Positions 1-9,319 are shown, numbered from the stretch's first letter. The stretch is DNA of 63,311 nucleotides from Candidatus Eiseniibacteriota bacterium (GCA_043810925.1 JBDRNT010000012.1:1-63311), one strand, 5' to 3'. Numbers and translations are program-made. Notes: a model not told the origin generated them from the letters alone.

Positions 1-141
1 TACAAGGGCAGGAAACTCAAGCACAGGAAGATCACAAGAGTGACCAAGAAACAAAGACAGGAGGCCCTCAAAGAAGAGGCCTTAAGACAGGGTGACATTT
101 CTATGTTGCAGAATACATGACATTCTTATGTTGCAACTACA
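1..141 (+). mobile_element. Right end of an IS1202/ISNCY-family insertion sequence (transposase C-terminus plus terminal repeats), truncated by window edge
   Basis: Frame 1 reads YKGRKLKHRKITRV...GDISMLQNT* (stop 118-120). Two tandem 18-bp subterminal repeats TGACATTTCTATGTTGCA (93-110) and TGACATTCTTATGTTGCA (118-135) are followed by terminal ...ACTACA (141), the TGT...ACA end layout of this family. Confidence 0.7.
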
Positions 142-156
142 CACCACTCTTTAGAG

Positions 157-185
157 TTGACAATTATCGGTGCATCGGGTACATT
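157..185 (+). promoter_or_regulatory. sigma70-type promoter upstream of radical SAM gene
   Basis: TTGACA (157-162), 17-bp spacer, TACATT (180-185). Confidence 0.55.
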
Positions 186-329
186 TGCCGCAGAGAGCGT
201 GAGTTCCGATATCGTCCGTTTGCAAGAGGGAGACTGCAACATACATTGTCTGATCCGCACTTGGGCCGCCGTCCTTGAATCCAGAGTTCGCCGCACAGTC
301 CGAGACGACAAGAAGGGATAGAAAACCAA

Positions 330-1808
330 ATGAACATCCTCCTGATTTACCCTGAGTCTCCGGACACTTTCTGGGGCTTCAAACATGCACTTAAGTTCAT
401 ACGCAAGCGGGCATACTCGCCGCCACTGGGCCTGCTGACCGTTGCAGCAATGCTGCCGCCCGAGTGGTCAAAGCGCCTGGTAGATGCGGGCGTGACGAAG
501 CTCCGCAAGAACGATCTTGAGTGGGCGGATTGCGCCTTCGTCAGCGGCATGACTGTGCAAAGAGAGTCGGCACGTCAGATCATCACGCGCTGCAAAGAAG
601 CCGGCCTCAGGGTCATTGCCGGAGGGCCGCTCTTTACAATGGAGCATGATCAATTCGAAGAAGTTGATCATTTTGTGCTGAATGAAGCCGAGCTGACCCT
701 GCCGGACTTTCTAAGTGACCTCGAGCGGGGATGTGCCAAGCGTGTCTATACATCATCCGGCTTCGCCGACATTCACACGACGCCTGCTCCTATGTGGGAG
801 TTGGCCGATCTGAATCGTTATGGCACCTTGAGTATCCAGTATTCCCGTGGTTGTCCCTTCAACTGCGAGTTCTGTAACGTGACGTCCTTGTTCGGCCATC
901 GGCCGCGTACCAAGACCGTCAGGCAGATTCTCGCTGAGTTGGATGGTCTCTATGACCTGGGGTGGCGCGGGCACATCTTCTTTGTGGACGACAACCTCAT
1001 CGGGAACAAAGAGAGTCTTAAGACCGAGCTGCTGCCTGCGCTCATCGAGTGGAGGAAAGACAAAAGGGGTGTGCCCTTCAACACCGAAGTCTCCATAAAC
1101 CTGGCTGATGATGAACAGCTGATGCACATGATGGTCGAGGCAGGATTCGGCACAGTCTTCATAGGGATCGAAACACCGGACGAGGACAGCCTGGCTGAAT
1201 GCAGCAAGAAGCAAAACATGAACCGAAACCTGGTCGATGACGTAAAACGTATGCAACGAGCCGGGATCCAGGTGCAGGGTGGCTTCATCGTGGGTTTCGA
1301 CAACGACACGCCGGGGGTCTTTCAGCGGCAGATTGATTTCATCCAGAAAAGCGGGATTGTTGCGGCAATGGTTGGATTGCTTCAGGCTCCACCCGGCACG
1401 CGGCTTCACGAGCGCCTGAAGCAAGCGGGGCGTCTTTTCGAGCAGATGTCGGGAGACAATGTCGACGGTACGACCAATATAGTCCCTGTCATGAACCTTG
1501 ACGTGCTGCGTGAAGGCTACAAACATATATTGCAGCGTATATACTCTCCCAGTCCATACTATCAGCGGGTCAGAACTTTTCTGCGAGAGTATCAGCCGCC
1601 GAAGTTGAAAGCCTCATGGGACTTCGAGCACGTCCTGGCGTTTATTAAGTCAGTCTGCCGTCTGGGCATTATCGGCAAGGAGCGCGCCCAGTATTGGCAG
1701 CTCCTCTGGTGGACGCTTTTCCGACGCCCCAGGTCATTTCCACTTGCAATGGCACTGGCAATTTACGGGTACCATCTTCGTAGGATCTGTGAACTCCATG
1801 TTTTATAG
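330..1808 (+). CDS. B12-binding domain radical SAM protein (DUF4070-type C-terminus)
   Basis: N-terminal cobalamin-binding-like PPLGLLTVAAMLP / IAGGP; CxxxCxxC (CPFNCEFC); FFVDDN; FIGIETP; GFIVGFDND. Confidence 0.9.
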   Translation: MNILLIYPESPDTFWGFKHALKFIRKRAYSPPLGLLTVAAMLPPEWSKRLVDAGVTKLRKNDLEWADCAFVSGMTVQRESARQIITRCKEAGLRVIAGGPLFTMEHDQFEEVDHFVLNEAELTLPDFLSDLERGCAKRVYTSSGFADIHTTPAPMWELADLNRYGTLSIQYSRGCPFNCEFCNVTSLFGHRPRTKTVRQILAELDGLYDLGWRGHIFFVDDNLIGNKESLKTELLPALIEWRKDKRGVPFNTEVSINLADDEQLMHMMVEAGFGTVFIGIETPDEDSLAECSKKQNMNRNLVDDVKRMQRAGIQVQGGFIVGFDNDTPGVFQRQIDFIQKSGIVAAMVGLLQAPPGTRLHERLKQAGRLFEQMSGDNVDGTTNIVPVMNLDVLREGYKHILQRIYSPSPYYQRVRTFLREYQPPKLKASWDFEHVLAFIKSVCRLGIIGKERAQYWQLLWWTLFRRPRSFPLAMALAIYGYHLRRICELHVL

Positions 1809-2159
1809 AGGCACCAGGACACGGGCGACATATGCCCCAATGCAAGTATCAAGATCAAGCAATCACAGTCTGAATACCGTTCGGTTTCAGATTGGAGAAC
1901 GGACTGTGAGGAAAGCAGCCGCATGGCGAAGTACTCACCAGGTTTGGAAGGCGTGGAGGTGAAAAGACTCGAATCTGGAAGCATTCGAAGCATCGAGAAG
2001 TATGGAGTAAGAGAACGTAATATGAAAACCAAAGCGAACAGCTCTGCGTTCCGAAGAACTGAAGGCCCACCGGATTCGATAGAAATGCGGCTGAGTGATC
2101 CATCCGGTAAACCCAAGTCCAAAGACGGTATAACTGTTCAAAGCAAATAGGAGATCAGA

Positions 2160-2447
2160 ATGAATATCTATGTAGGCAACCTTGCGCATGACGTTACCCA
2201 GGATGAGCTGAGCCAGGCCTTTTCAGCCCACGGTGAAGTGGCAAGTGCCAACATCATCTCGGATAAGTTTTCAGGAGAATCACGCGGTTTCGGTTTCGTT
2301 GAGATGCCGAAAGCCGATGAGGCTCGTGCCGCGATCACTGCGCTCAACGGTACCGATCTCAAAGGCCGGACGCTTAATGTTAACGAGGCACGGCCTCGGA
2401 ACGATAAGCCCCGGCGCGGTGGCGGCGGTGGAGGCCGGTCCTGGTAA
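2160..2447 (+). CDS. RRM-domain RNA-binding protein with Gly-rich tail (Rbp family)
   Basis: RNP2 NIYVGNL, RNP1 RGFGFVEM, VNEARPR, GGGGGG tail; AGGAG RBS. Confidence 0.95.
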   Translation: MNIYVGNLAHDVTQDELSQAFSAHGEVASANIISDKFSGESRGFGFVEMPKADEARAAITALNGTDLKGRTLNVNEARPRNDKPRRGGGGGGRSW

Positions 2448-2502
2448 GCATCGCTTCAACGTGATCACGCGACAGTAGACCTGTTACATGATCTGAATAC
2501 GG

Positions 2503-2528
2503 AAGGGCCCCATCGGGGGCCCTTTCTT
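2503..2528 (+). terminator. Rho-independent terminator after rbp
   Basis: AAGGGCCCC-ATCG-GGGGCCCTT followed by TCTT. Confidence 0.7.
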
Positions 2529-2566
2529 CCTCCAACTCCCCCCAGCATCCTGTCGGCGCCTGGCGA

Positions 2567-3271
2567 TCATTGGCCAACACCTGAGCGTCCACTCACTAAG
2601 GGTTCAGAGCCGGTTGCCGTAGTCGCTGCACGCCGAAAAAGGATAGCAAGGGACCACGCAGATCCTGGAAATGTCACTGCCCAAAGCGCCGCGATCCATA
2701 TCAGCGGATGGAAGTACATTTGAAGCGCAATGAACGGGAGCAACAATCCGTTTGCCGTCAAGAACAAGCGCACGACTCGCTCTAATCCCTTACCCGTGAA
2801 CACCCTGGCGGCAAAGAGAGTGGCCACACTCATGAAGCTGTATCCAAGAATGTCGACCGAGTATAAGAATGAATCGAAAGGCGTGAAGAGGAACATCTCT
2901 ATGCCTTGGGTCCGGCCGGCAGCAAGTCGTGGTGCTACCCACGTGAGCTGCACAAAGTAGTTGATGCTTATGAGGACTGCGTAGGCGGTGGCGAATACCA
3001 CGGCTGAGTGGCTCCAGATCTTTCGATCGGGAGACGACAGTTGATGGATGCTCACAACGAGCACGAGAAATGAGGAACCCAAGAACAGCGAAGGCGTGAG
3101 AAGCACGACCAACCCGAGCGTTGTACTGGCATTCTCGGCTCCTCCCCCGGATCCCATCAATCCCGCCCACTCTGCCAACTGACCGACGACATACGTCATG
3201 CTGAAAACCGTAGCAAGTACGGCGGACCAGAATCCGACGGTTTTCGTCGATGGCGAAGTGTCTTTAACCAT
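2567..3271 (-). CDS. Hypothetical integral membrane protein (~6 TM)
   Basis: 234-aa ORF with multiple hydrophobic segments; GGAGGAG RBS. Confidence 0.75.
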   Translation of the reverse strand: MVKDTSPSTKTVGFWSAVLATVFSMTYVVGQLAEWAGLMGSGGGAENASTTLGLVVLLTPSLFLGSSFLVLVVSIHQLSSPDRKIWSHSAVVFATAYAVLISINYFVQLTWVAPRLAAGRTQGIEMFLFTPFDSFLYSVDILGYSFMSVATLFAARVFTGKGLERVVRLFLTANGLLLPFIALQMYFHPLIWIAALWAVTFPGSAWSLAILFRRAATTATGSEPLVSGRSGVGQ

Positions 3272-3506
3272 AGATCTCCTCCCTCAGGGTGGAAAACAGC
3301 ACAATTGGAATGCCGACAACGGCAGCAGCAGCGATCAGTTCAAGCACCATCCCTGTTATCACGCGGATCCTATTTGGATAGGTACTAATCAGATAGTCCG
3401 GAGCATGTATAATACCTTCTATGAGATCCCCACCTATAAGATCTGTAACCAACGCGGTTAGAAACAGCGCTCCCACAATTGCCGGGGTCTTTCTGTTTGA
3501 ATTCAT
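3264..3506 (-). pseudogene. Truncated DUF4386-like membrane protein (N-terminal ~80 aa only)
   Basis: MNSNRKTPAIVGALFLTALV...PDYL...GMVLELIAAAAVVGIPIVLF resembles the N-terminus of ~230-aa DUF4386 proteins; the ORF ends abruptly inside the RBS of the next gene. Confidence 0.55.
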
Positions 3507-3644
3507 TTCTTTCCTCCCTGCATACCGCCCAAGTACCATACTCTCAAACAGTTGTCAAGAGACCAGCCAGTTGCTTATGGTCTTATGCGGTTTCCAGACA
3601 CAGTCGGAGAGGATCTGGGCAAGCCGGGCCTCCGGCCGCACTCG

Positions 3645-3697
3645 CTGACATGTTCCGCACGGGTCCCCAAACTGCACCATCGGCAGAACTTTCAGGG
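3645..3697 (+). repeat. 53-bp direct repeat, copy 1
   Basis: CTGACATGTTCCGCACGGGTCCCCAAACTGCACCATCGGCAGAACTTTCAGGG; 48/53 identical to 6141-6193. Confidence 0.85.
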
Positions 3698-3895
3698 CGG
3701 TCTTACGGCTGCCGGTAAGTGTCTGAGAAGGCCGCTGTGCGGGGTAGGTGGGTCCGCGCTGGCATCTGGAGTCGTATGGAACTGCGAAGGGTACGCCGAC
3801 TTCGGGCTGATGCTTTTTGATTGTGTGGTGGGGCCTCAGGTGGTAAAATCGAATAGGCCCAATACCGGGAAAGGCAGAGGACTGAAGGTTTTGCA

Positions 3896-4978
3896 ATGAA
3901 GAGATGTACTCGCTGTATTAACCCGAATACGGTTCCAGGCTTGGAATTCGACGAAGAGGGCGTATGCGATTTCTGCCGTGCATATCAGCAGACGCCTGTT
4001 TCAGGAGAAAAGGCACTGGAAGAAGTCGCAAAGGCTGCCAAGAGCAAGGGTGCTGCATACGACTGTCTTGTGCCCATCAGCGGCGGCAGGGACAGCGCGT
4101 ATGTATTATACGCGGTGAGCAGGCTTCTGGGCATGAAGCCGCTTGCTGTGAACTATGATAGCGAATTCCGTACACCGGAAGCTGTCGAGAATATGAAAAA
4201 CGCCTGCGCCACACTTGGTGTGGACGCAGTGGAATATCGTTCTAAGAGGGATATCGCCCACAGTATTGTGAAACGCGATATCCGTTATGCAGAGCCGTTG
4301 CGCAAGTATAATGTGTGCAATGCTTGTGCGTATGGATACAGGGGCGTGGCGTATCGCGAAGCGCACAAGAGGAGGATCCCACTCATTGTGTGGGGTTCTT
4401 CCCAAGTCGAAGACATGGCTGATTCCCTGGTTCACGCCAATCGATTACTGGATCAACAATATGGGGAGAAACTTTCCTTCGTCCGGAGATTAGCTCGCAA
4501 ATATCTTTCTCCGTGCCGATACCGCGTGGAATATGCCAAGTTTCTTCAGCGCATTGAATTCCCTTCGCCCGGTCATGGCGTTTTCAATCGCAGATTCCCA
4601 CGTTTGAGAGAGAGTACGATCCAGGAGATTTCCTACTTCGATTATGTGCCATGGAACCGGCAGAAAATCAAACAGACTATAGTCAATGAACTGGGATGGA
4701 AGAAGCCGGAGCATGCTGTTTCCACGTGGCGGATTGACTGCACACTTGGCGCGCTTGTGAATTTCTATTTCATTAAGCTGTTCGGATGTACCAAGGACGG
4801 CTTCGGCTATTCCAGAATGATCAATGCCGGTCAAATGACAAGAGAAGAGGCCCTCCAGCAGGAAGAAGAAGTGCTGCGCAGAATGCAGGATACTCGTTCG
4901 ATTCAAGCCCTTCTCGAGGAAATTGGGCTTACACCTGGAGAAATCGCCGAAATTCTGGTGTACCAGCCAGGCAACTAG
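3896..4978 (+). CDS. N-acetyl sugar amidotransferase-like PP-loop ATPase (WbpG/WbuX-like)
   Basis: N-terminal CxxC...GVCxxC, PP-loop YDCLVPISGGRDS, ELGW...IDC, C-terminal GQMTREEAL. Confidence 0.85.
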   Translation: MKRCTRCINPNTVPGLEFDEEGVCDFCRAYQQTPVSGEKALEEVAKAAKSKGAAYDCLVPISGGRDSAYVLYAVSRLLGMKPLAVNYDSEFRTPEAVENMKNACATLGVDAVEYRSKRDIAHSIVKRDIRYAEPLRKYNVCNACAYGYRGVAYREAHKRRIPLIVWGSSQVEDMADSLVHANRLLDQQYGEKLSFVRRLARKYLSPCRYRVEYAKFLQRIEFPSPGHGVFNRRFPRLRESTIQEISYFDYVPWNRQKIKQTIVNELGWKKPEHAVSTWRIDCTLGALVNFYFIKLFGCTKDGFGYSRMINAGQMTREEALQQEEEVLRRMQDTRSIQALLEEIGLTPGEIAEILVYQPGN

Positions 4979-5069
4979 GAATCTCGCCCCGAGTCTTCAC
5001 CCACGCCGGATACGAGCTTAAGTGCATTGAAAGGTTGTGTTCGAGTTGTGATCTGGCTTGCTGGAAAAG

Positions 5070-5627
5070 TCATGTACGGGAACGCAATGTCGGTCCTGAG
5101 ACAAGACGGTCCTTGATCTGTCTGAATTCGTCCAGTTTTCCTTCAACTTCCGACCAGCGCTCCACCTCGGCGAGGTCGATCTTTCTGGCCTGAGCCACGA
5201 GGGATGCCTGCTCCAGGCACTGTGCATCGTTCCAATAGTAGTAGGCTGCCAATCTGTTCTTGACGCAATCTGTCGGTGAGATGATCTTGAGGGTTCCGGT
5301 ATCGAGAGTGATCTCATGTACTTCCTTTACCGGTTCTTCACCGACAGCGAGGGGTCCCGCGGGGAACTCGACAAAGAAGTCGGTTTCTGGGTGTGTGAAG
5401 TGCCGACCCTCCTCCCGGAAGCCGATCTCTCGCATCACAGCACTGATTTCGCTTCTCTTCGCAAAGTGTGCATTGACGAGATCCAGATCCATTGAAACAT
5501 ATCTATTCTCACTGTAAATGGACACACACGTGCCGCCTGAAAGAACCACATCGATCCCCTTCTTACGAAGGCAAGACTCGATGAACGCCGCAAGTTCAGC
5601 ATTTGTCATTGACCTGATCGGCTTCAT
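5070..5627 (-). CDS. Predicted nucleotidyltransferase-fold protein (AbiEii/DUF6036-like), putative toxin
   Basis: VVLSGG...SIYS...YVSMDLD matches the GG...DxD NTase motif; ATGA overlap with upstream wHTH gene. Confidence 0.65.
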   Translation of the reverse strand: MKPIRSMTNAELAAFIESCLRKKGIDVVLSGGTCVSIYSENRYVSMDLDLVNAHFAKRSEISAVMREIGFREEGRHFTHPETDFFVEFPAGPLAVGEEPVKEVHEITLDTGTLKIISPTDCVKNRLAAYYYWNDAQCLEQASLVAQARKIDLAEVERWSEVEGKLDEFRQIKDRLVSGPTLRSRT

Positions 5628-5953
5628 GAGGGTTTCCCCCCCCGCCGTGGTCTTCGTCGGTTAAGGACAAGATGGTCACGCTCTTCCTGACGGTAGAAGG
5701 TCAGAGCCTTCTCAAGGAGAGCCTTCAACTGTTTTAGAAACGGATAACCCGGGTTGAGAGAGTAAACACGAGTTCTGCCAAGCGATCTCCCCACGAGAAC
5801 CCCACCAGCCTCGAATTTGACCAGTTGCTTCTGGATTGAATCCGGGTCTGCGCTGAAGAATCTGGCGATTTCTCTGGCATACCCATCTTCTCTTGCCAGA
5901 AGGAAAATCAGCACACGCTCCGCGCTCTTAGATCCAAGCAATGGTTCCAGCAT
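5624..5953 (-). CDS. Winged-helix (ArsR-like) transcriptional regulator, putative antitoxin
   Basis: MLEPLLGSKSAERVLIFL...GYAREIARFF...IQKQLVKFEAGGVL...GRTRVYSLNP; start placed at ATG 5953 after GAGGAGG RBS. Confidence 0.75.
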   Translation of the reverse strand: MLEPLLGSKSAERVLIFLLAREDGYAREIARFFSADPDSIQKQLVKFEAGGVLVGRSLGRTRVYSLNPGYPFLKQLKALLEKALTFYRQEERDHLVLNRRRPRRGGKPS

Positions 5954-5999
5954 GGCACCCTCCTCGTTCATCGATAGGATTGTCCGGGACCTCCCAATA

Positions 6000-6067
6000 T
6001 GCCAGATATAGTCTGACATATGTCAGTGATCATCTGACAATATATCGTCTTGGCAGACCGGAGGCAA
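6000..6067 (-). promoter_or_regulatory. Promoter and tandem operators of the wHTH/NTase operon
   Basis: Minus strand TTGCCT-N17-TATATT; two adjacent inverted repeats TGCCAG-N7-CTGACA (6000-6018) and TGTCAG-N7-CTGACA (6021-6039). Confidence 0.6.
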
Positions 6068-6140
6068 GAGGAAAAAACTCAGGCATGATAATTCCCACCC
6101 CTCAGAGGCCAGACACATCCGGTATCGAGTCAGCCTGTGA

Positions 6141-6193
6141 CTGACATGTTGCGCACGGGTCCCCAAACAGGACCATAGGCAGGACTTTCAGGG
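6141..6193 (+). repeat. 53-bp direct repeat, copy 2
   Basis: 48/53 identical to 3645-3697. Confidence 0.85.
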
Positions 6194-6400
6194 TTGTGTT
6201 TGAGCTGTTATTGAGGTGGACCCCTTTTTTGGACAGCCGGCACTCAAGGGAGCGCCGCCTGCGAATCCGGTTGACCCCGTGGATTAGTAGCTGTACCCTG
6301 ACCTCAGGTGGCAGGTTTGTGCAGGCGAGAATTGCCAATCCGGATACGGTCGGAGAAGAGACGTCCCGGCCTGGCGACGTGAATCTCTGGAGGATGTGCC

Positions 6401-8788
6401 ATGGACATCGCACTGGGGATAGGTTTGATAGTCGCTCCGCTGGTTCTGGCTATCGCGCTGGGGAGAAGACTTCAGAGAAGTCCTCGGGTGAAGATAGCAG
6501 TATGGATGCTGTGTTTGGCTGTCGTGGTGGGCGGGGTCTTCAAGATTGCCGCTTCCGATTCGCGGCGGTCGTGGAGGTCGGTGAAGTCCGGGCGGTCGGT
6601 TCGCTTGGTGGACGGCCGCTTCATATTCGACGACGGCCGGCCCGGATCGTACTACGGGGGACTCGCTGGGAGCCCCGTTTTGCGTGAGGCCTTCCAGGAG
6701 GGGCAGACGTGTGAGCTGGAACTCAGATATGCGGATGCCATATCGAAGTACAAGCTGTTCCTGGAAAACCGGGATGCCAAAGCGGAGAACCGACTTGCTG
6801 CGAACATACTCATAGGAAACTGCTACTATGCCATGTCCGACTTCATGAAAGCTGAGGAGTACTATCTGGACGCGGTTGAAGTTAGCGAGCTGGCAAAGGA
6901 GGGCCGGGAACGTGACATGGCGAGGGCACTCGCACTCACCAATCTGGGCCTGGTCAAGGATTGCCTCGGGCAAAGAAGGACTGCCACGAAAATGGTCAAA
7001 GAAGCCCTCGAGATATTCGAGGAAGCGGAGCTCGGGAGGGAGGTGGCGCGATGTCTTGGTATCCTGGGTGCGTTCTCATACGATGCGGGAAATTACGAGC
7101 ACGCGCTTGACTATTACAGAGCCAGCCTCAAAGCCTCACGAGAGACAGGCTACGAGAGTGGTGTCGCGAATGAGTTGTCCAACATCGCCCTGGTGCACAT
7201 AGATCGCGGCAAACACGATGAGGCGTCGGACCTCCTTAATCAGGCCCTCACGATTTACAGGCGGAACGGCAATCAGGAAGGCGCGGCCGCTGTGCTATCC
7301 CACCTAGCGGTGCTCTATAGCGGTTCAGGCCGCATAGAAGAATCCCTCCGAACCTGGGAGGAGTCACTGGAGATTTTCCGCAAGATCGGTGACAAACAGG
7401 GTGTTTCGATGGAGCTCTGTAATATCGGAAACGTCCTTGGCAAGCGCGGCAGACTGGAGGAAGCGCTCGGCTATTACCAGGAGGCGCTGAAGATCAGCAA
7501 GGAGATCGGCGATGTGAGAGCAATCGCCGGTGCTTTCTCCGGTATCAGCAACACATACTTCAGGATGGGCATGCTCAAGGAGGCGGTCAAGAACCACCAG
7601 ACAGCAATGGAGATATATCAGAAGACCGGCGACCGGGAGGGGATGGCGGCGGCTCTCAACAGCATCGGGAACATGCACGTGAGTGTCGGTGATTTCGAGG
7701 CAGGTCTGGGGAGTTTCGAAAGAGCCCTCAAGATCAGTCGTGAGATCAGAAATGTGTCCGGGATAGTCGCCAACCTGCGCGCCATCGCTCAGGTCGATAT
7801 CAACATGGAGAGAGACGATCTGGCATTAGAGCACCTGGAGGAGGCACTGGAGATCCACAGGGATGTGGAAGACGAACGTGGCATTGCTGACGACCTGCTC
7901 CGCATTGGGATCGTACACATCATGAAGGATCGCAGCCGTGAAGCTATTGACTGTTTCCTCGACGCGGCAGAGGCAGCGAAGCGTGCCGGCTACGCCGACG
8001 GGGCTGCAAAGGCCTCCAGACATCTTGGGCTGGCACATCTCGGCATCGGAGAGACCGAGAAGGCGCTGGAGCACGTCACTGAAGCCCTCGCAGCCCATAT
8101 CGAGATGGGCTTCGACCGTGAGGTGGTTATAGACCTCGTTCAGACCGCTCTGGTCCACCTGGCTCGAGGGAGTATGGATGATGCTCTCGCATGCGGCAAA
8201 GAGGGTTTGCGGATTGCCCGGGATAACAACGATTCCGATTGCATCGCAGACGCACTCGGCACGATGGCGATAGTATACGAAAGCTTGGACAGCCTCAGGC
8301 TGGCAGTCCGATGCCGGTTGGAGGTTCTTGAAGTCAAACGAAAGAGCGGCGCTGCTGAGGAGATGGGTCAGGAGCTCGACAGAATAGGTCGTCTGTTTCT
8401 GATGTCGGGTCGGGCAAGGGCCGGAGTCTACTATCTGGAAGCGGCTCTGAGCGCACAACGGCGGGTCGGGGATCGCCGGGCGATAGCGAGCATCCTCAGC
8501 AGGCTGGGCCTGGCCTATGCCTTAACCGACACCCCCGAGCTTGGTGTAGAACGCCTGAAGGAGGCCATTGGTATTCACAGAGATGCCGGCGATGAGCTGG
8601 CTGTGGCTTCGGATCTTCGCAATCTCAGCACTGTTTACTGTCTGGCTGACAGCGTCGATCTCGGCCTCAGCAAGCTCCATGAAGCTCTGGATATATACCG
8701 GCGTCTCAATGCAGATGGCCTGTCCGAAGACGTTGACAAGGAAATCCGCGAGGTTATAAGAATTTGGAGCCCAGACCCCGGGATATAG
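6401..8788 (+). CDS. Membrane-anchored tetratricopeptide-repeat protein
   Basis: Two N-terminal hydrophobic helices, then many ~40-aa TPR_12/MalT-like repeats (e.g. NIGNVLGKRGRLEEALGYYQEALKISKEIGD); GGAGG RBS. Confidence 0.9.
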   Translation: MDIALGIGLIVAPLVLAIALGRRLQRSPRVKIAVWMLCLAVVVGGVFKIAASDSRRSWRSVKSGRSVRLVDGRFIFDDGRPGSYYGGLAGSPVLREAFQEGQTCELELRYADAISKYKLFLENRDAKAENRLAANILIGNCYYAMSDFMKAEEYYLDAVEVSELAKEGRERDMARALALTNLGLVKDCLGQRRTATKMVKEALEIFEEAELGREVARCLGILGAFSYDAGNYEHALDYYRASLKASRETGYESGVANELSNIALVHIDRGKHDEASDLLNQALTIYRRNGNQEGAAAVLSHLAVLYSGSGRIEESLRTWEESLEIFRKIGDKQGVSMELCNIGNVLGKRGRLEEALGYYQEALKISKEIGDVRAIAGAFSGISNTYFRMGMLKEAVKNHQTAMEIYQKTGDREGMAAALNSIGNMHVSVGDFEAGLGSFERALKISREIRNVSGIVANLRAIAQVDINMERDDLALEHLEEALEIHRDVEDERGIADDLLRIGIVHIMKDRSREAIDCFLDAAEAAKRAGYADGAAKASRHLGLAHLGIGETEKALEHVTEALAAHIEMGFDREVVIDLVQTALVHLARGSMDDALACGKEGLRIARDNNDSDCIADALGTMAIVYESLDSLRLAVRCRLEVLEVKRKSGAAEEMGQELDRIGRLFLMSGRARAGVYYLEAALSAQRRVGDRRAIASILSRLGLAYALTDTPELGVERLKEAIGIHRDAGDELAVASDLRNLSTVYCLADSVDLGLSKLHEALDIYRRLNADGLSEDVDKEIREVIRIWSPDPGI

Positions 8789-8796
8789 TGAGAATG

Positions 8797-8848
8797 GGTC
8801 AAGTCCGCGTTTGAGGTGCCCCCGGCTGCGTCAAACGCAGACCTGACC
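8797..8848. repeat. 18-bp imperfect inverted repeat (REP-like hairpin or terminator)
   Basis: GGTCAAGTCCGCGTTTGA (8797-8814) pairs with TCAAACGCAGACCTGACC (8831-8848). Confidence 0.55.
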
Positions 8849-8900
8849 ACTACTTGGTCTGGCGGACGCAGTCGATGACGGTGGCGTCCACCCACTTGAT

Positions 8901-9104
8901 TGTTTGCCGTCATCGAAGTCCGGACACGGAGGGGTTATAATCTCACCTGCACTTTGAGGGCCCGTCCGGCCCCGAAAGGAGGCAGCTACGGGATTCGGGG
9001 AAAGTCGTAATCCTGAGAGAGTGGGAAGAGAGATCCGCCGCAAGCCCCGCCGTAAGTTCTCGAGTGAAGAGAAGGTAGCAGCACACGAGAAAGGCGATTC
9101 TTAA
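8901..9104 (+). pseudogene. Decayed IS3-family element left end and orfA fragment
   Basis: TG...GTCCGGACAC IR-like start; AAGGAGG RBS followed by ACG (probably mutated ATG, 8988); translation ..ERVGREIRRKPRRKFSSEEKV resembles the IS3 OrfA N-terminus (EIRRxTRRKFSxEEKI); stop at 9102-9104. Confidence 0.55.
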
Positions 9105-9124
9105 ATAGCGCCACCCGTTCTGTT

Positions 9125-9149
9125 AGCCTCCCCAAACAGGACTCGAACC
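9125..9149 (-). other. tRNA 3'-end-like fragment (possible att-site relic)
   Basis: Minus strand GGTTCGAGTCCTGTTTGGGGAGGCT = T-loop plus acceptor-stem-like sequence, with no 5' half. Confidence 0.4.
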
Positions 9150-9319
9150 GGGGCTTATTTTAGGCAATTGACACTTCCGGGGGATTTGAGAATAGTAAAT
9201 ATAGATGGGTTGAGATCTGTGCCTAACTAAGGCAACCATGGCTTCGGTGAATTCGGGTAATTATTGCCCGACTTGGTTTGAAGCCGCCTCGAGTGCGCAC
9301 AGAAGGGAGAACAAGAATC

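Noticed and set aside
1923-2150. 75-aa ORF upstream of rbp
   Set aside because: No family features; could be leader sequence; not supported enough to call.
3552-3899. ORFs 3552-3899, 3555-3896, 6102-6413 and 6196-6687 sharing LKVLPMV.FGDPC
   Set aside because: The shared peptide only reflects the 53-bp nucleotide repeat; no RBS or protein family signal.
3645-6193. Integron cassette array interpretation of the accessory region
   Set aside because: The repeats lack RYYYAAC/GTTRRRY attC ends and there is no integron integrase in the window.
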